Under the pieces are notes generated by a model. The model saw only the letters and a program-made list of their open reading frames with translations. It did not search any database and was not told the origin of the DNA. A DNA stretch of 64,000 bases from an uncultured Hyphomicrobiales bacterium (GTDB lineage: Bacteria; Bacteroidota; Ignavibacteria; Kapaibacteriales; UBA2268). Positions 1 to 9,509 of this stretch are shown one piece after another. Numbering within the stretch: position 1 is the first letter of the stretch; each line of letters begins with the position of its first letter. Where the stretch lies: NCBI GenBank assembly GCA_964513465.1, contig CAZEMR010000001.1, positions 81,037-145,036 on the forward strand. Direction: 5' to 3'. Made by a program: the position numbers and the translations under genes.

Positions 1-996
1 AAAATCGAAGTGGAGGACACCGGCCCTGGCATCAAACCAGAACACCGCGAAGAAATATTCAAAGCATTCCGCCAGCAGCAATGCTCCCATACGAAAAAAT
101 ACGGCGGCACCGGCCTGGGGCTGGCTATCAGTAAGCGCCTTGTCGAAATGCTGAACGGATTGCTTAAGCTCGAATCCGAACCCGGCAGCGGCAGCCGTTT
201 CATAGTTGAGTTCAGTAATATTTCCCTTCCCGAGGCCGGATATACGCCAGAGGAAAGTGTAGCCAATATCCGGGAAGATATAATATTCAGCCCTGCAACT
301 ATTCTTGTGGCTGACGATCTCGATCTGAATCGAATCCTGATTAATGATTATCTGCAGGATTCGTCTTTGAAAATTCTTGAAGCGCGAAATGGTAAAGAGG
401 CTATAGAATTAGCCGAGAATTATGTTCCGGACCTGATAATTATGGATCTGAAAATGCCCGAAATCGACGGATATGAGGCAGCCACGCGAATAAAAGAAAC
501 AGCGCAGACCGCTCATATTCCAATAATCGCGCTTTCGGCTTCACGGCTGCGCGAAGACCAGGTGGATATTAAATCATTCGGATTTGATGGATATTTGCCC
601 AAACCTTTGAATAAAGAAGCACTTATGGCTATTCTGGCGCAATATCTCGAGCCAGCCGAAATAGCTGATGGAGAATCAGAAAAGCAATCCGGCCACGATT
701 ATCTGGATTCATTGCTGAATATGGACGAACCACAAAAACATCGTGTAGAAGAAATTTTGCCAATGCTCGATACCGAAATTCGTATAAAATGGGAAAATGT
801 TTCAGCAAGCGGAATTATTCGCGATATTCAGAATTTCGGAGAGGAAATCCGCGAAATCGGGATGCAGTATGATATTAAAATTTTGATAGATTACGGAACA
901 ACACTGGCCTCGCAGGCCGAAAATTTTGAATTCGACAGATTCCCCAAAACATTAAAAGAATTTGAGAAAATTATTATTAGAATGCAAAATATATGA
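1..996 (+). CDS. Hybrid sensor histidine kinase, C-terminal part (HATPase_c + REC + helical tail); 5'-truncated by the window edge
   Basis: Frame is open from base 1. G-boxes DTGPGI and YGGTGLGLAI; receiver domain ILVADD...MDLKMPEIDG...KP. Confidence 0.93.
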   Translation, partial: KIEVEDTGPGIKPEHREEIFKAFRQQQCSHTKKYGGTGLGLAISKRLVEMLNGLLKLESEPGSGSRFIVEFSNISLPEAGYTPEESVANIREDIIFSPATILVADDLDLNRILINDYLQDSSLKILEARNGKEAIELAENYVPDLIIMDLKMPEIDGYEAATRIKETAQTAHIPIIALSASRLREDQVDIKSFGFDGYLPKPLNKEALMAILAQYLEPAEIADGESEKQSGHDYLDSLLNMDEPQKHRVEEILPMLDTEIRIKWENVSASGIIRDIQNFGEEIREIGMQYDIKILIDYGTTLASQAENFEFDRFPKTLKEFEKIIIRMQNI

Positions 997-1021
997 ATGT
1001 GAAATATTATTTTTCGGAAAA

Positions 1022-2191
1022 ATGATGAACGATGTATTGAACGAAAAAATCAGCGAAAAAAGTCCCCTGATATTAATCGTCGACGATATCCCCAAAAACC
1101 TCCAGGTGCTGAGCAATATCCTGAATTCCCGGGGCTATCAGATTTCATTTGCATCCAATGGCAAGCAGGCGCTCTCGGTGGTATCGACTACTTTGCCGGA
1201 TTTGATACTGCTCGATATAATGATGCCCGAGATGGATGGCTATGAAGTATGTCGCCGACTGAAGGAAGACGAGCGCACGCGGGATATCCCCATAATTTTT
1301 CTCACTGGCAAAGCCGAAACCGAGGATATAATCAAAGGCTTCAAGCTGGGTGCGGTGGACTATGTAACTAAACCTTTCAATTCCATAGAGTTGCTTAGCA
1401 GAGTCAAAACCCACATCGAGCTGAAATTATCCAAAGACGCACTTATCGAATATAATCGCCAGCTTTCCGAAGCAGAGGTCGAACTGCGCCAGCTAAACGC
1501 AAGCAAAGATAAGTTTTTCTCGATTGTGGCCCACGATATGCGCGGCCCCTTCAGCGGATTTTTAGGACTCACCGAGCTGCTTTCCGCAGAATATGACAAC
1601 CTGGAAAAAGATGAAATAATGCAAATTGGCGAAAGCATGAACAATGCCGCGCGCCGATTGTTCAGCTTTCTGGAGAATTTGCTCGAGTGGTCCCGCTCCC
1701 AGATGGGACATTTGACATATACTCCGCTGAAGTTTGATCTGTATGATGTAATTGATAAAAATATCAAGCTGCTCAGCGCAACTGCCGCGGAAAAAGATAT
1801 CGATCTCATCAGCAAAATCGATCGCAATACTTATATATACGCCGATTCGAATATGTTGAATACGGTTATTCGCAACCTGCTTTCAAATGCTCTGAAATTT
1901 ACAAACCCCGGCGGAAATGTTGTTGTCTTCGCAGATAACAATAGCGATGATTTGATGCTCGTATCGGTAACCGATAATGGAATTGGGATGAGCGAGGAAG
2001 TTCGCGAAAAGATATTTAAAATCGAGGAGAAATATTCCACTCCCGGCACCAAAAACGAACAGGGGACAGGTCTCGGGTTGATCCTCTGCAAGGAATTAGT
2101 CGAAACAAACGGCGGCGAAATCTATGTGGAAAGCGAACCGGATAAGGGTACGACATTCAGCTTTACGGTGCCCTCCGGCGTTAATCATTAA
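1022..2191 (+). CDS. Hybrid histidine kinase/response regulator (REC-HisKA-HATPase_c)
   Basis: N-terminal REC (LIVDD, LDIMMPEMDG, KPF), H-box AHDMRGP, N-box NLLSNALKF, GTGLGL. ATG at 1022 preferred to TTG at 962, which overlaps the upstream gene. Confidence 0.93.
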   Translation: MMNDVLNEKISEKSPLILIVDDIPKNLQVLSNILNSRGYQISFASNGKQALSVVSTTLPDLILLDIMMPEMDGYEVCRRLKEDERTRDIPIIFLTGKAETEDIIKGFKLGAVDYVTKPFNSIELLSRVKTHIELKLSKDALIEYNRQLSEAEVELRQLNASKDKFFSIVAHDMRGPFSGFLGLTELLSAEYDNLEKDEIMQIGESMNNAARRLFSFLENLLEWSRSQMGHLTYTPLKFDLYDVIDKNIKLLSATAAEKDIDLISKIDRNTYIYADSNMLNTVIRNLLSNALKFTNPGGNVVVFADNNSDDLMLVSVTDNGIGMSEEVREKIFKIEEKYSTPGTKNEQGTGLGLILCKELVETNGGEIYVESEPDKGTTFSFTVPSGVNH

Positions 2192-2193
2192 AT

Positions 2194-4566
2194 CTATAAT
2201 TCGACGATGGTAACACCGTCGCCGCCCTCGACCAGTTCGCCGCTGCGATATTTTTCTACCGATGGATGCTGCGAGAGGAATTCCTGAATAGCCTTTCGCA
2301 GCGCTCCGGTGCCCTTGCCATGAATAATTGTCAGTGGCGAAATATTTGTCGTCAGCGCATCGTATACGAATTCCTCGACAATTGCGATTGCCTCGTGCGC
2401 ACGCATTCCGCGGACGTCGATACGCGAGCGTGCATCCAGTTTTGTAAAATCCGATGGCTTGGTTTGTGAAGCTTTTTGAGGTGCTTTTTCGGTTTTCTCG
2501 AGCTGCGCAAATGGCAGCCGGAATTTGAATCCGTTGAAGTCCACCTCGGCAGTCTCGTTTTTTTCGTCGATGCTAATGACAGTGCCGACAGACGGTGAAT
2601 CCTCGAGCCGTACTTTATCTCCTTCATTGATTGCTGCAGGCGCTTTTTCGGCTTTTTCCTCTTTAGTGATTTGTCTTGCCCTTTCCTCAATATCGGATTT
2701 ATGTCGGGCGTATTCCTCTTTAATTTCTGCGAACGAGCGCTTTTCTTCCTGAATTTCGCGGATTGTGTTTTCGATCAGCTTATTAGCGTCACGCACTATT
2801 TTTTCGGCGTCGAGTCGGGCTTTTTTTACAATCTCATCTTTTTTCTCGCGTATTTCATTCATCCGCTGATCGTATTGTTCTTTCATTTTAAGAGCTTTGC
2901 GGCGTTCTGTGCGGGCAGTTTCGCGTTCGCTTTCGGCTTCGGAAATATATTTCTGCAGCACGGAAATGCTTTCCTCGAGCTCTTTTTCGCGTGTGCCGAG
3001 GTATTTCTCAGCGCGTTGAAGCACCATTTTCGATAACCCCAGATTTTCGGCCAGGACGAATGCATAGCTGTTGCCCGGAATTTTGGGCAGGAAAGTATAG
3101 GTCGGCTTAAGATTCTTTTCATCGAATTCCAGCGATGCGTTTTCGACCTCGTCGCGGTTGAGAGCATATGTCTTAAGCGAGGACTGGTGCGTGGTTGCCA
3201 CAAAAAATGAGCGCATTTTTATAAATGTATCGAGTATCCCCGAGGCCAGCGCTGCGCCTTCCTGAGGATCAGTGCCCGAGCCGATTTCGTCAATTAGTAT
3301 AAGCGATATGTCCGATAGGCTGGCAACGATTTTACGCATTTTGATAATCTGCGAGCTGAATGTGCTCAGATCGTTCTCAATCGACTGGTGATCGCCTATC
3401 GAAGAGAATATCATCCTGAAATTCGTCCTGCATTCGCCGAGAGGGAATATACCAGATAGCGCCAGCGCGATATTGAGGCCAATGCTCTTGAGCGCCACCG
3501 TCTTACCGCCGGCATTTGGGCCGGATATCAGATAGCCGCCCGTGGAATTGCCAAATTCGATCGAAAGCGGGAGCACGTTTTTCGCGCCTTTTGCATGAAC
3601 CAACAGGGGATGGCGGATGTCTTTCAGATAAATCTCATTATTGTCCCATATCTCAGGTTTGACGCCGCCCATTTTCAAAGCATATTTAGCCTTGGCCGAG
3701 ATTGCGTCAATATGGCCGATGATGTCGAGACTGCTAAGGAATTGACGCGCTTCGTGTCCGAGCTCGTCGGTAAGCTGGGAGAGGATTTTGTGCACCTCGC
3801 GCTTTTCCTCGTTCATCAAAAGCGAAATTTCGTTGTTCATTTCGATAATTTCCGAAGGCTCGAGGAATACCGTCTGGCCAGTCTGAGACATTCCGTGAAT
3901 AATACCGGGGATATGCCTTTTATGCTCGGATTTGACAGGCAATACGAATCGCTCTTCGCGTAAAGTATAGAAATCCTCCTGCACCATATCTTCTTCTACG
4001 ACGCGGCGGAGAATTTTCTTCAGCCGGTCGCGCAGGCGGTTGGATTTCTCGAATATCGAGCGCCGGATGCGCTGGAGTTCGCGTGTAGCGCTGTCGCGTA
4101 CGGTTCCCTCGTCGTCTATCGCCTCGTCGATATGCTTTTCGAGAAGACGGTTGTTGTGCAATGCTGAAGTTTCTTCGGCCAGCGCGGGAGTCTTTTCCTC
4201 GCGATTTGCAAAATACTGCTTCATTACGCGTGAAAGCCGCACCACATCGCGCACTGCAAGTAATTCCGTCGGGGCGAGTACGGCTTTTTCGACCAGCGAT
4301 TTCTGCAATTGAGTGCGCACATCGGTCAGCCCCTCGAACGGCACCGGGTCGTCGCTGGTCATCAGGTGCACCATTTCGGCAATCAGGTCGTGTTCGCGCC
4401 TTAGCCAGTATAGATCATCCATCGGCCTGGATTCCAGTATGCGCTCGTAGCCGAGCTCGGAATAGCAATTGCGGCGTACATGCTCCAGCACCTGGTGATA
4501 TTCCAGTTCGTCGAGAGTTTCCTCGATAAGTTCGATTTCTTCGCGATTCGGTTCGTATTCCTGCAT
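2194..4566 (-). CDS. mutS2: MutS2 family endonuclease/ATPase with C-terminal Smr domain
   Basis: Walker A GPNAGGKT, DEIGSGTDP, TTH, coiled coil, KOW-like segment, Smr motif IIHGKGTGALR...GGDGVT. Confidence 0.96.
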   Translation of the reverse strand: MQEYEPNREEIELIEETLDELEYHQVLEHVRRNCYSELGYERILESRPMDDLYWLRREHDLIAEMVHLMTSDDPVPFEGLTDVRTQLQKSLVEKAVLAPTELLAVRDVVRLSRVMKQYFANREEKTPALAEETSALHNNRLLEKHIDEAIDDEGTVRDSATRELQRIRRSIFEKSNRLRDRLKKILRRVVEEDMVQEDFYTLREERFVLPVKSEHKRHIPGIIHGMSQTGQTVFLEPSEIIEMNNEISLLMNEEKREVHKILSQLTDELGHEARQFLSSLDIIGHIDAISAKAKYALKMGGVKPEIWDNNEIYLKDIRHPLLVHAKGAKNVLPLSIEFGNSTGGYLISGPNAGGKTVALKSIGLNIALALSGIFPLGECRTNFRMIFSSIGDHQSIENDLSTFSSQIIKMRKIVASLSDISLILIDEIGSGTDPQEGAALASGILDTFIKMRSFFVATTHQSSLKTYALNRDEVENASLEFDEKNLKPTYTFLPKIPGNSYAFVLAENLGLSKMVLQRAEKYLGTREKELEESISVLQKYISEAESERETARTERRKALKMKEQYDQRMNEIREKKDEIVKKARLDAEKIVRDANKLIENTIREIQEEKRSFAEIKEEYARHKSDIEERARQITKEEKAEKAPAAINEGDKVRLEDSPSVGTVISIDEKNETAEVDFNGFKFRLPFAQLEKTEKAPQKASQTKPSDFTKLDARSRIDVRGMRAHEAIAIVEEFVYDALTTNISPLTIIHGKGTGALRKAIQEFLSQHPSVEKYRSGELVEGGDGVTIVEL

Positions 4567-4570
4567 AAAA

Positions 4571-5020
4571 TTATATCGTTAGCATATTTCTGACAATCTG
4601 ATTTACGAATCTGCCATCGGCGCGGCCTTTGACTTCGCTCATGACCACCTGCATTACTTTACCGAGGTCTTTGATGTCCTTCGCGCCGGTTTTGGCAATG
4701 GAGTCAGAGACGATTTTCTCGAGTTCTTCTTTTGGCATTTCCTCCGGCATAAATTCGCGGATAACCTTCAGCTCGGACTGTTCGCGTTGGGCAAGGTCGT
4801 CGCGGCCGCCTTTCTGGTAAAGCTCGATCGCGTCCTGACGGCGTTTTACATGGGTTTTCAGAAGCGCCAGTTCGTCTTCTTCTTCCATCTCTTTCGGGAC
4901 GCCGCTTTTCTTGAATTCGATGATTCCTGCGCGGATGGAGCGAATTGTGTCTATCCGCATTTTATCGCCGGATTTCATAGCGGCTTTAAGTTCTTCACTG
5001 ATTTTTTGTTCGAGTGACAT
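4571..5020 (-). CDS. GatB/YqeY domain protein
   Basis: 149 aa; LKAAMKSGDK, KRRQDAIELY, DLGKVM...GRADG pattern of the YqeY family. Confidence 0.9.
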   Translation of the reverse strand: MSLEQKISEELKAAMKSGDKMRIDTIRSIRAGIIEFKKSGVPKEMEEEDELALLKTHVKRRQDAIELYQKGGRDDLAQREQSELKVIREFMPEEMPKEELEKIVSDSIAKTGAKDIKDLGKVMQVVMSEVKGRADGRFVNQIVRNMLTI

Positions 5021-5068
5021 AGCTTTTTCCTCTGAATTATTGAAGTTATAAATATTTATAATGTAATA

Positions 5069-6109
5069 TTATTTCTGCCTGCCGAGCGGCATCAAATACA
5101 GCGGTTCCTCGGGCCTGGTCATATTAATGACCGATTTCAGCGCCAAATCATTGAATGCGCCGACTGCGCAAGTCCCCAGTCCAAGCGCTTCGGCCTGCAG
5201 ATAAACATTCTCGGCGGAGTGCCCGATATCCATACAGACATATCGCTCCCGGCCGCGGTCGCCGTATTTGCCGGTGGTGCGCGAGAATATTGCTGAATAA
5301 ACCAGAGTCGCCGGTGCGCGCTCGATCATTAGCTGGCCATTGCCCGCATTGCACAATTCCTTTCGAATATCGCCCGATTTGAGCAGACCCAGCTTATGAT
5401 TGCGAGAATCGTATAAATATATTCCGGGTTCGAGCCCCTCGACCTCTCCGGCCACTAAATATATATCCAGGGGATAGAGCGCACCCGCCGACGGAGCAGT
5501 GCGAAGCCCTCCGCGAAGGAATTCAGGGCCGCTTTCTATTGGCTGGCTGATTCCGTATGCTGCCCATAGCACCTGGCCGATCTCGGCAATTGTCAACGGT
5601 TCCGCGGCATAGCTGCGGCGCGACCGGCGATCGGATATTGCCGATTCGACCGAGACTTTGCCTTCGAGCGCTGGCTCGGGCAGATCTATTGATTTAATAA
5701 TTTTATGTTCCATCGGGAAGCTTTCTTCGAGTTTGCGGCGGTTTTCTGTGATAGTATTCATTAATTTGGCCCAGTGCTCGTCGTCCCTGAGCGAGGCGAG
5801 GTCTTCGTCCTTGCGCAGCCAATCGGACTCCATAAAGCCATCATCGACGATTTTTTCGAGCAATTCGAATGCGCGGTCACGGTTGCCCGCGAGCGCATGG
5901 GAGCATGTGGCATTGTATAGCGTGACCATTTTGGTATCGCCGGCAAGTATTGCGCTGTCGTATAGCTCTGAGGCTTGATTATAATTACCATTGCGGTATT
6001 CGTCGTTGGCCTTTTTGATATATTCGTCGGCGGACTGGCCATTTGCGAAAGCATGGTTTAATAACACAACGAAAATGAATAGCACGAATTTTACTAATAA
6101 ATTTGGCAT
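5069..6109 (-). CDS. Signal peptide + TPR + SagB/ThcOx-type nitroreductase fusion
   Basis: Hydrophobic N-terminus ending AFA/ANG; TPR segment YNATCSHALAG...DEDLASLR; nitroreductase motifs RRSRRSY, RTAPSAGALYP, DIGHSAENVYL, GAF. Confidence 0.88.
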   Translation of the reverse strand: MPNLLVKFVLFIFVVLLNHAFANGQSADEYIKKANDEYRNGNYNQASELYDSAILAGDTKMVTLYNATCSHALAGNRDRAFELLEKIVDDGFMESDWLRKDEDLASLRDDEHWAKLMNTITENRRKLEESFPMEHKIIKSIDLPEPALEGKVSVESAISDRRSRRSYAAEPLTIAEIGQVLWAAYGISQPIESGPEFLRGGLRTAPSAGALYPLDIYLVAGEVEGLEPGIYLYDSRNHKLGLLKSGDIRKELCNAGNGQLMIERAPATLVYSAIFSRTTGKYGDRGRERYVCMDIGHSAENVYLQAEALGLGTCAVGAFNDLALKSVINMTRPEEPLYLMPLGRQK

Positions 6110-6306
6110 AATGATTACTCAGAATGATTGAAAAATATTCGAATAAGATGGCTCACAATATAATAATTTGGCGCGAAAAATTCGCTGGTTTTGATTTTAT
6201 TTATTCTCTTTGCCGAAAAGACAAGAATTTTTTTTAAATTTAGAATCTGTCAATTTTTTATAAATAATTTGTTATATAAAATAATACCACAGGATTATAT
6301 ATATAA

Positions 6307-7038
6307 ATGCAGGAAATCGTATATCATAAGAATTATGAACTCGAAAGCAGCTACTGGTGGTTTGTAGCCAGAAATAAAATCATATATAAAATAATCAAAA
6401 ATAAAACCGATCTCCGGGAAAACGAAATGATTCTCGATGCCGGATGCGGCACGGGAGGATTCAGCGAATTTATGAGCAGACATTTCCGTATGATCGGTCT
6501 CGATACATCATCTATTGCACTTGAATACGCCAAAAAGCGCGGGCTTGTGCATTTGTTCAATACCACTCTCGGAGAATTTCCGAAGGAAGAATGGGCCATC
6601 CGCGCAATCACAATGCTCGACGTTCTTGAGCATATCGACGATGATCTCGAAGCAATGCGTCAGGCCTACGACTTGCTGCCACCTGGCGGCTGGCTGATAG
6701 CAACGGTGCCCGCATATATGTGGCTTTGGAGCCGACACGATGAAATGCACATGCACAAGCGGCGCTACAATTTGCGTGAATTTCGCGAAAAACTTCAGAA
6801 TGCCGGATTCGATATCGAATATTCGTCGTATTTTAATACTCTGCTTTTTATACCGGCGGTGATTAAGAGGATGATGAATCGCGTGTTCAACCAGTCATCC
6901 GACCAGCCGGTAGACGAGGTGGCGCCCTGGCTGAATAAAGTTTTCACAGGCATTTTCGGCTTCGAATCCACAATTCTTCCGGCGTTGAAATTCCCGATGG
7001 GGCTTTCAATTATTTGCATAGCCAGAAAACCGAAATAA
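6307..7038 (+). CDS. Class I SAM-dependent methyltransferase
   Basis: Motif I LDAGCGTG, DVLEH, TVPA...HD...H.RRY. Confidence 0.88.
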   Translation: MQEIVYHKNYELESSYWWFVARNKIIYKIIKNKTDLRENEMILDAGCGTGGFSEFMSRHFRMIGLDTSSIALEYAKKRGLVHLFNTTLGEFPKEEWAIRAITMLDVLEHIDDDLEAMRQAYDLLPPGGWLIATVPAYMWLWSRHDEMHMHKRRYNLREFREKLQNAGFDIEYSSYFNTLLFIPAVIKRMMNRVFNQSSDQPVDEVAPWLNKVFTGIFGFESTILPALKFPMGLSIICIARKPK

Positions 7039-7069
7039 TTATTATTTCAATATAATTTTGAAAAATTTT

Positions 7070-9442
7070 ATGGCACAGAAAAAATCCACTCCGAAACCAG
7101 AGTCCGGCCGCGCTCCGGCAACTCCCGAAATGCGGATTTATATCCCATTGATTTTATTCGCGCTTACTACAATTCTTTTCTTTTTGGATCATCTCGCCGG
7201 ATCGGCTTATTTCTGGGAGGATTTCGCGGAATTCGTCTATCCGGTGCAGACTTTTGCCGCAACGGAATCGGCTCGGGGCAATCTGCCATTCTGGAATCCG
7301 TATTCTTTCGCCGGTATGCCCTTTCTGGCCGATATTCAGGTGGGATTCTTCTATCCATTCAATCGTGTGCTGACGCTGTTCGTAAGTGATGGCCGCCTGC
7401 CTGTATATATATTGCAGTTTATGATTATCATACATTTCTTTTTTGCGCAATTAGGAATGTATTTGCTCGCGCGTCGCTGGAAGATTTCGCCTATGGGCTC
7501 GATCATCGCTTCAGTCAGCTATGGGTTTTCGTTTATGCTGGTATTCCATGTGATTCACCCGATGATTGTATACCATCTGGCATGGCTTCCGTTAGTGCTG
7601 TATTTCTTCTCGAAGGCGCTTGCCGGACGGAAGATACGCAGCGGTATAATCGCCGGTATAATATTTGGAATAAGTATGCTTGCCGGCCATCCTCAGATGT
7701 CGCTCTTCGAAGGTTTTTTCCTTGGTATTTTCTTTATCTGGACATTTATAGCCGAAATAAGAAACGGCGAGCTCAAGGGCGGCAAAATCGGTCGTTTTAT
7801 TATTGCCGGATTAGTTACGTTTATCGTAGCTGCCGGAATATTCGCCGTTCAGCTATTGCCTTCGAACCAGCTTGCCGGGCTGTCCGAGCGTCAGGAAATG
7901 ACCTATAAGGGAGCAGTAGAGGGGTCTCTGCGGTTCAAGCAGATTTATACCTCGGTTGTGCCAAAATTGTTCGGTTATCAGAATGCTGCCGACGACCAGA
8001 CCGTACCGCATTACCTGTTAAAAGACGAAAATAACGGTGGAGGGTCGCCATACGAACCCCATTATAATTATTGGGAGACAGCGTTTTATTTCGGAGTCGG
8101 AGCGCTGATGCTGGGGCTCTTTGGGGCGATATGCTTATATCCCGATCGTAGGGTTGCATTTCTGATATTTGTCGCTGTGTTCGGATTTTTATTCGCGCTT
8201 GGAGGCAATTCATTTATATATCCGATATTTCATGATTTACCTTTCTTCGGTAATTTCCGCAATCCGGCGAGAATGATGTTCTTTTTTATGCTTGCCTTCA
8301 CTTTGATGGCCGGATACGGGTTCGATCGTCTGAGTGCTTCGTCCGACAAAAGGAAGATGCTCAAATTTATAATAGCCGGAGGTATTCCTTTGCTGATCGC
8401 AATACTTGTGAGCAGCGGCGCACTGCCATCGATGCTCGATACACCGGATCAATTCGCAGCAGAGGTTTCTTCCTTCGGCCTTAAGAGCCTCGGATTTATC
8501 GTTGCAATCGCTTTTGTGGCAATTATGATGATTGCCGGCCGGATTAAGCCCATGATCGGCGGGGGAGTAATCATTGCGCTTATTTTTATTGACCTTTACA
8601 TTGCGGGAGCGGATTTCAACCGAAGCGGGATTAATCCTGAAGACCGCTATCAGCTCGATCCGCGCATGGAAAAAACATTGACTCCGAATTATCCCGATGA
8701 TTTATTCCGCGTAAATATGCGCTCTTATAATCCGCCGTATATGGCGATGCAGCGCAACCAGGGTATGGTCGACCGCATTATGCTGCTCGAGGGATACAAC
8801 CCGCTGCGGCTGGAGAGAATTGTTCCGCCGCTCAAACCGACCGATCCCGAATCGGACAAGCAGAGGGTGCACGATTTGCTGAATGTGAAGTACGAAATCG
8901 CGGTCGATCCACAGGCCGGCAGTGTGGGATTTGTCGAGCGCAGCAATTATCCCGGACGTGCATGGATGGTGCACCGCGCTGAAATAATCCGTCCCGATAA
9001 AGTCAAAGAATATATGGAGAATAATTATATTGATTTTGCCAAAATGGCTGTTATCGAAAAATCGCCCGATAATGCGATGCCCGATAATCCCGACAGCATA
9101 TATGCAGACCAGGTTAAGTGTTTGGAATACCGCAATGATTATATGAAATTCGAAGTGTCTGCTATCGATAACGGTCTGCTCGTATTCAGCGAAATCTGGT
9201 ATCCTGCATGGCGTGCGGATATAGATGGATTGCCAACGGAAATCCTGCGAACGAATTATTCGCTTCGAGGGGTATCAGTGCCCAAAGGCCGCCATATAGT
9301 CGAACTCAGCTACGAATCCGAGCCGTTCAAGACAGGATTGATTGTAAGCTTATTTACTCTGCTGATTGCGGGACTGTTCTATGCCGTGCTCTGGCGAATG
9401 GAGCAGCGCAGGCGCACGAAAGAAAGAGCCACAGAAAAATAG
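7070..9442 (+). CDS. YfhO-family polytopic membrane protein (GT-C-like glycosyltransferase)
   Basis: PFWNPYSFAGMPF motif, many TM helices, FRNPAR, C-terminal SEIWYPAWRA...NYSLRGV..P.G.H. ATG at 7070 preferred to TTG at 7058. Confidence 0.85.
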   Translation: MAQKKSTPKPESGRAPATPEMRIYIPLILFALTTILFFLDHLAGSAYFWEDFAEFVYPVQTFAATESARGNLPFWNPYSFAGMPFLADIQVGFFYPFNRVLTLFVSDGRLPVYILQFMIIIHFFFAQLGMYLLARRWKISPMGSIIASVSYGFSFMLVFHVIHPMIVYHLAWLPLVLYFFSKALAGRKIRSGIIAGIIFGISMLAGHPQMSLFEGFFLGIFFIWTFIAEIRNGELKGGKIGRFIIAGLVTFIVAAGIFAVQLLPSNQLAGLSERQEMTYKGAVEGSLRFKQIYTSVVPKLFGYQNAADDQTVPHYLLKDENNGGGSPYEPHYNYWETAFYFGVGALMLGLFGAICLYPDRRVAFLIFVAVFGFLFALGGNSFIYPIFHDLPFFGNFRNPARMMFFFMLAFTLMAGYGFDRLSASSDKRKMLKFIIAGGIPLLIAILVSSGALPSMLDTPDQFAAEVSSFGLKSLGFIVAIAFVAIMMIAGRIKPMIGGGVIIALIFIDLYIAGADFNRSGINPEDRYQLDPRMEKTLTPNYPDDLFRVNMRSYNPPYMAMQRNQGMVDRIMLLEGYNPLRLERIVPPLKPTDPESDKQRVHDLLNVKYEIAVDPQAGSVGFVERSNYPGRAWMVHRAEIIRPDKVKEYMENNYIDFAKMAVIEKSPDNAMPDNPDSIYADQVKCLEYRNDYMKFEVSAIDNGLLVFSEIWYPAWRADIDGLPTEILRTNYSLRGVSVPKGRHIVELSYESEPFKTGLIVSLFTLLIAGLFYAVLWRMEQRRRTKERATEK

Positions 9443-9509
9443 CATTTAACAATTATTCCGTAAATCTTTTCGTTGCAGAAAGAAGATTAAATAGCTATAT
9501 TCAGTTTTG

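Noticed and set aside
5051-5075. dif-like sequence ATAATGTAATATTAT
   Set aside because: The spacer is 7 nt rather than 6 and the XerD arm (TTATGTTAAAT) is missing.
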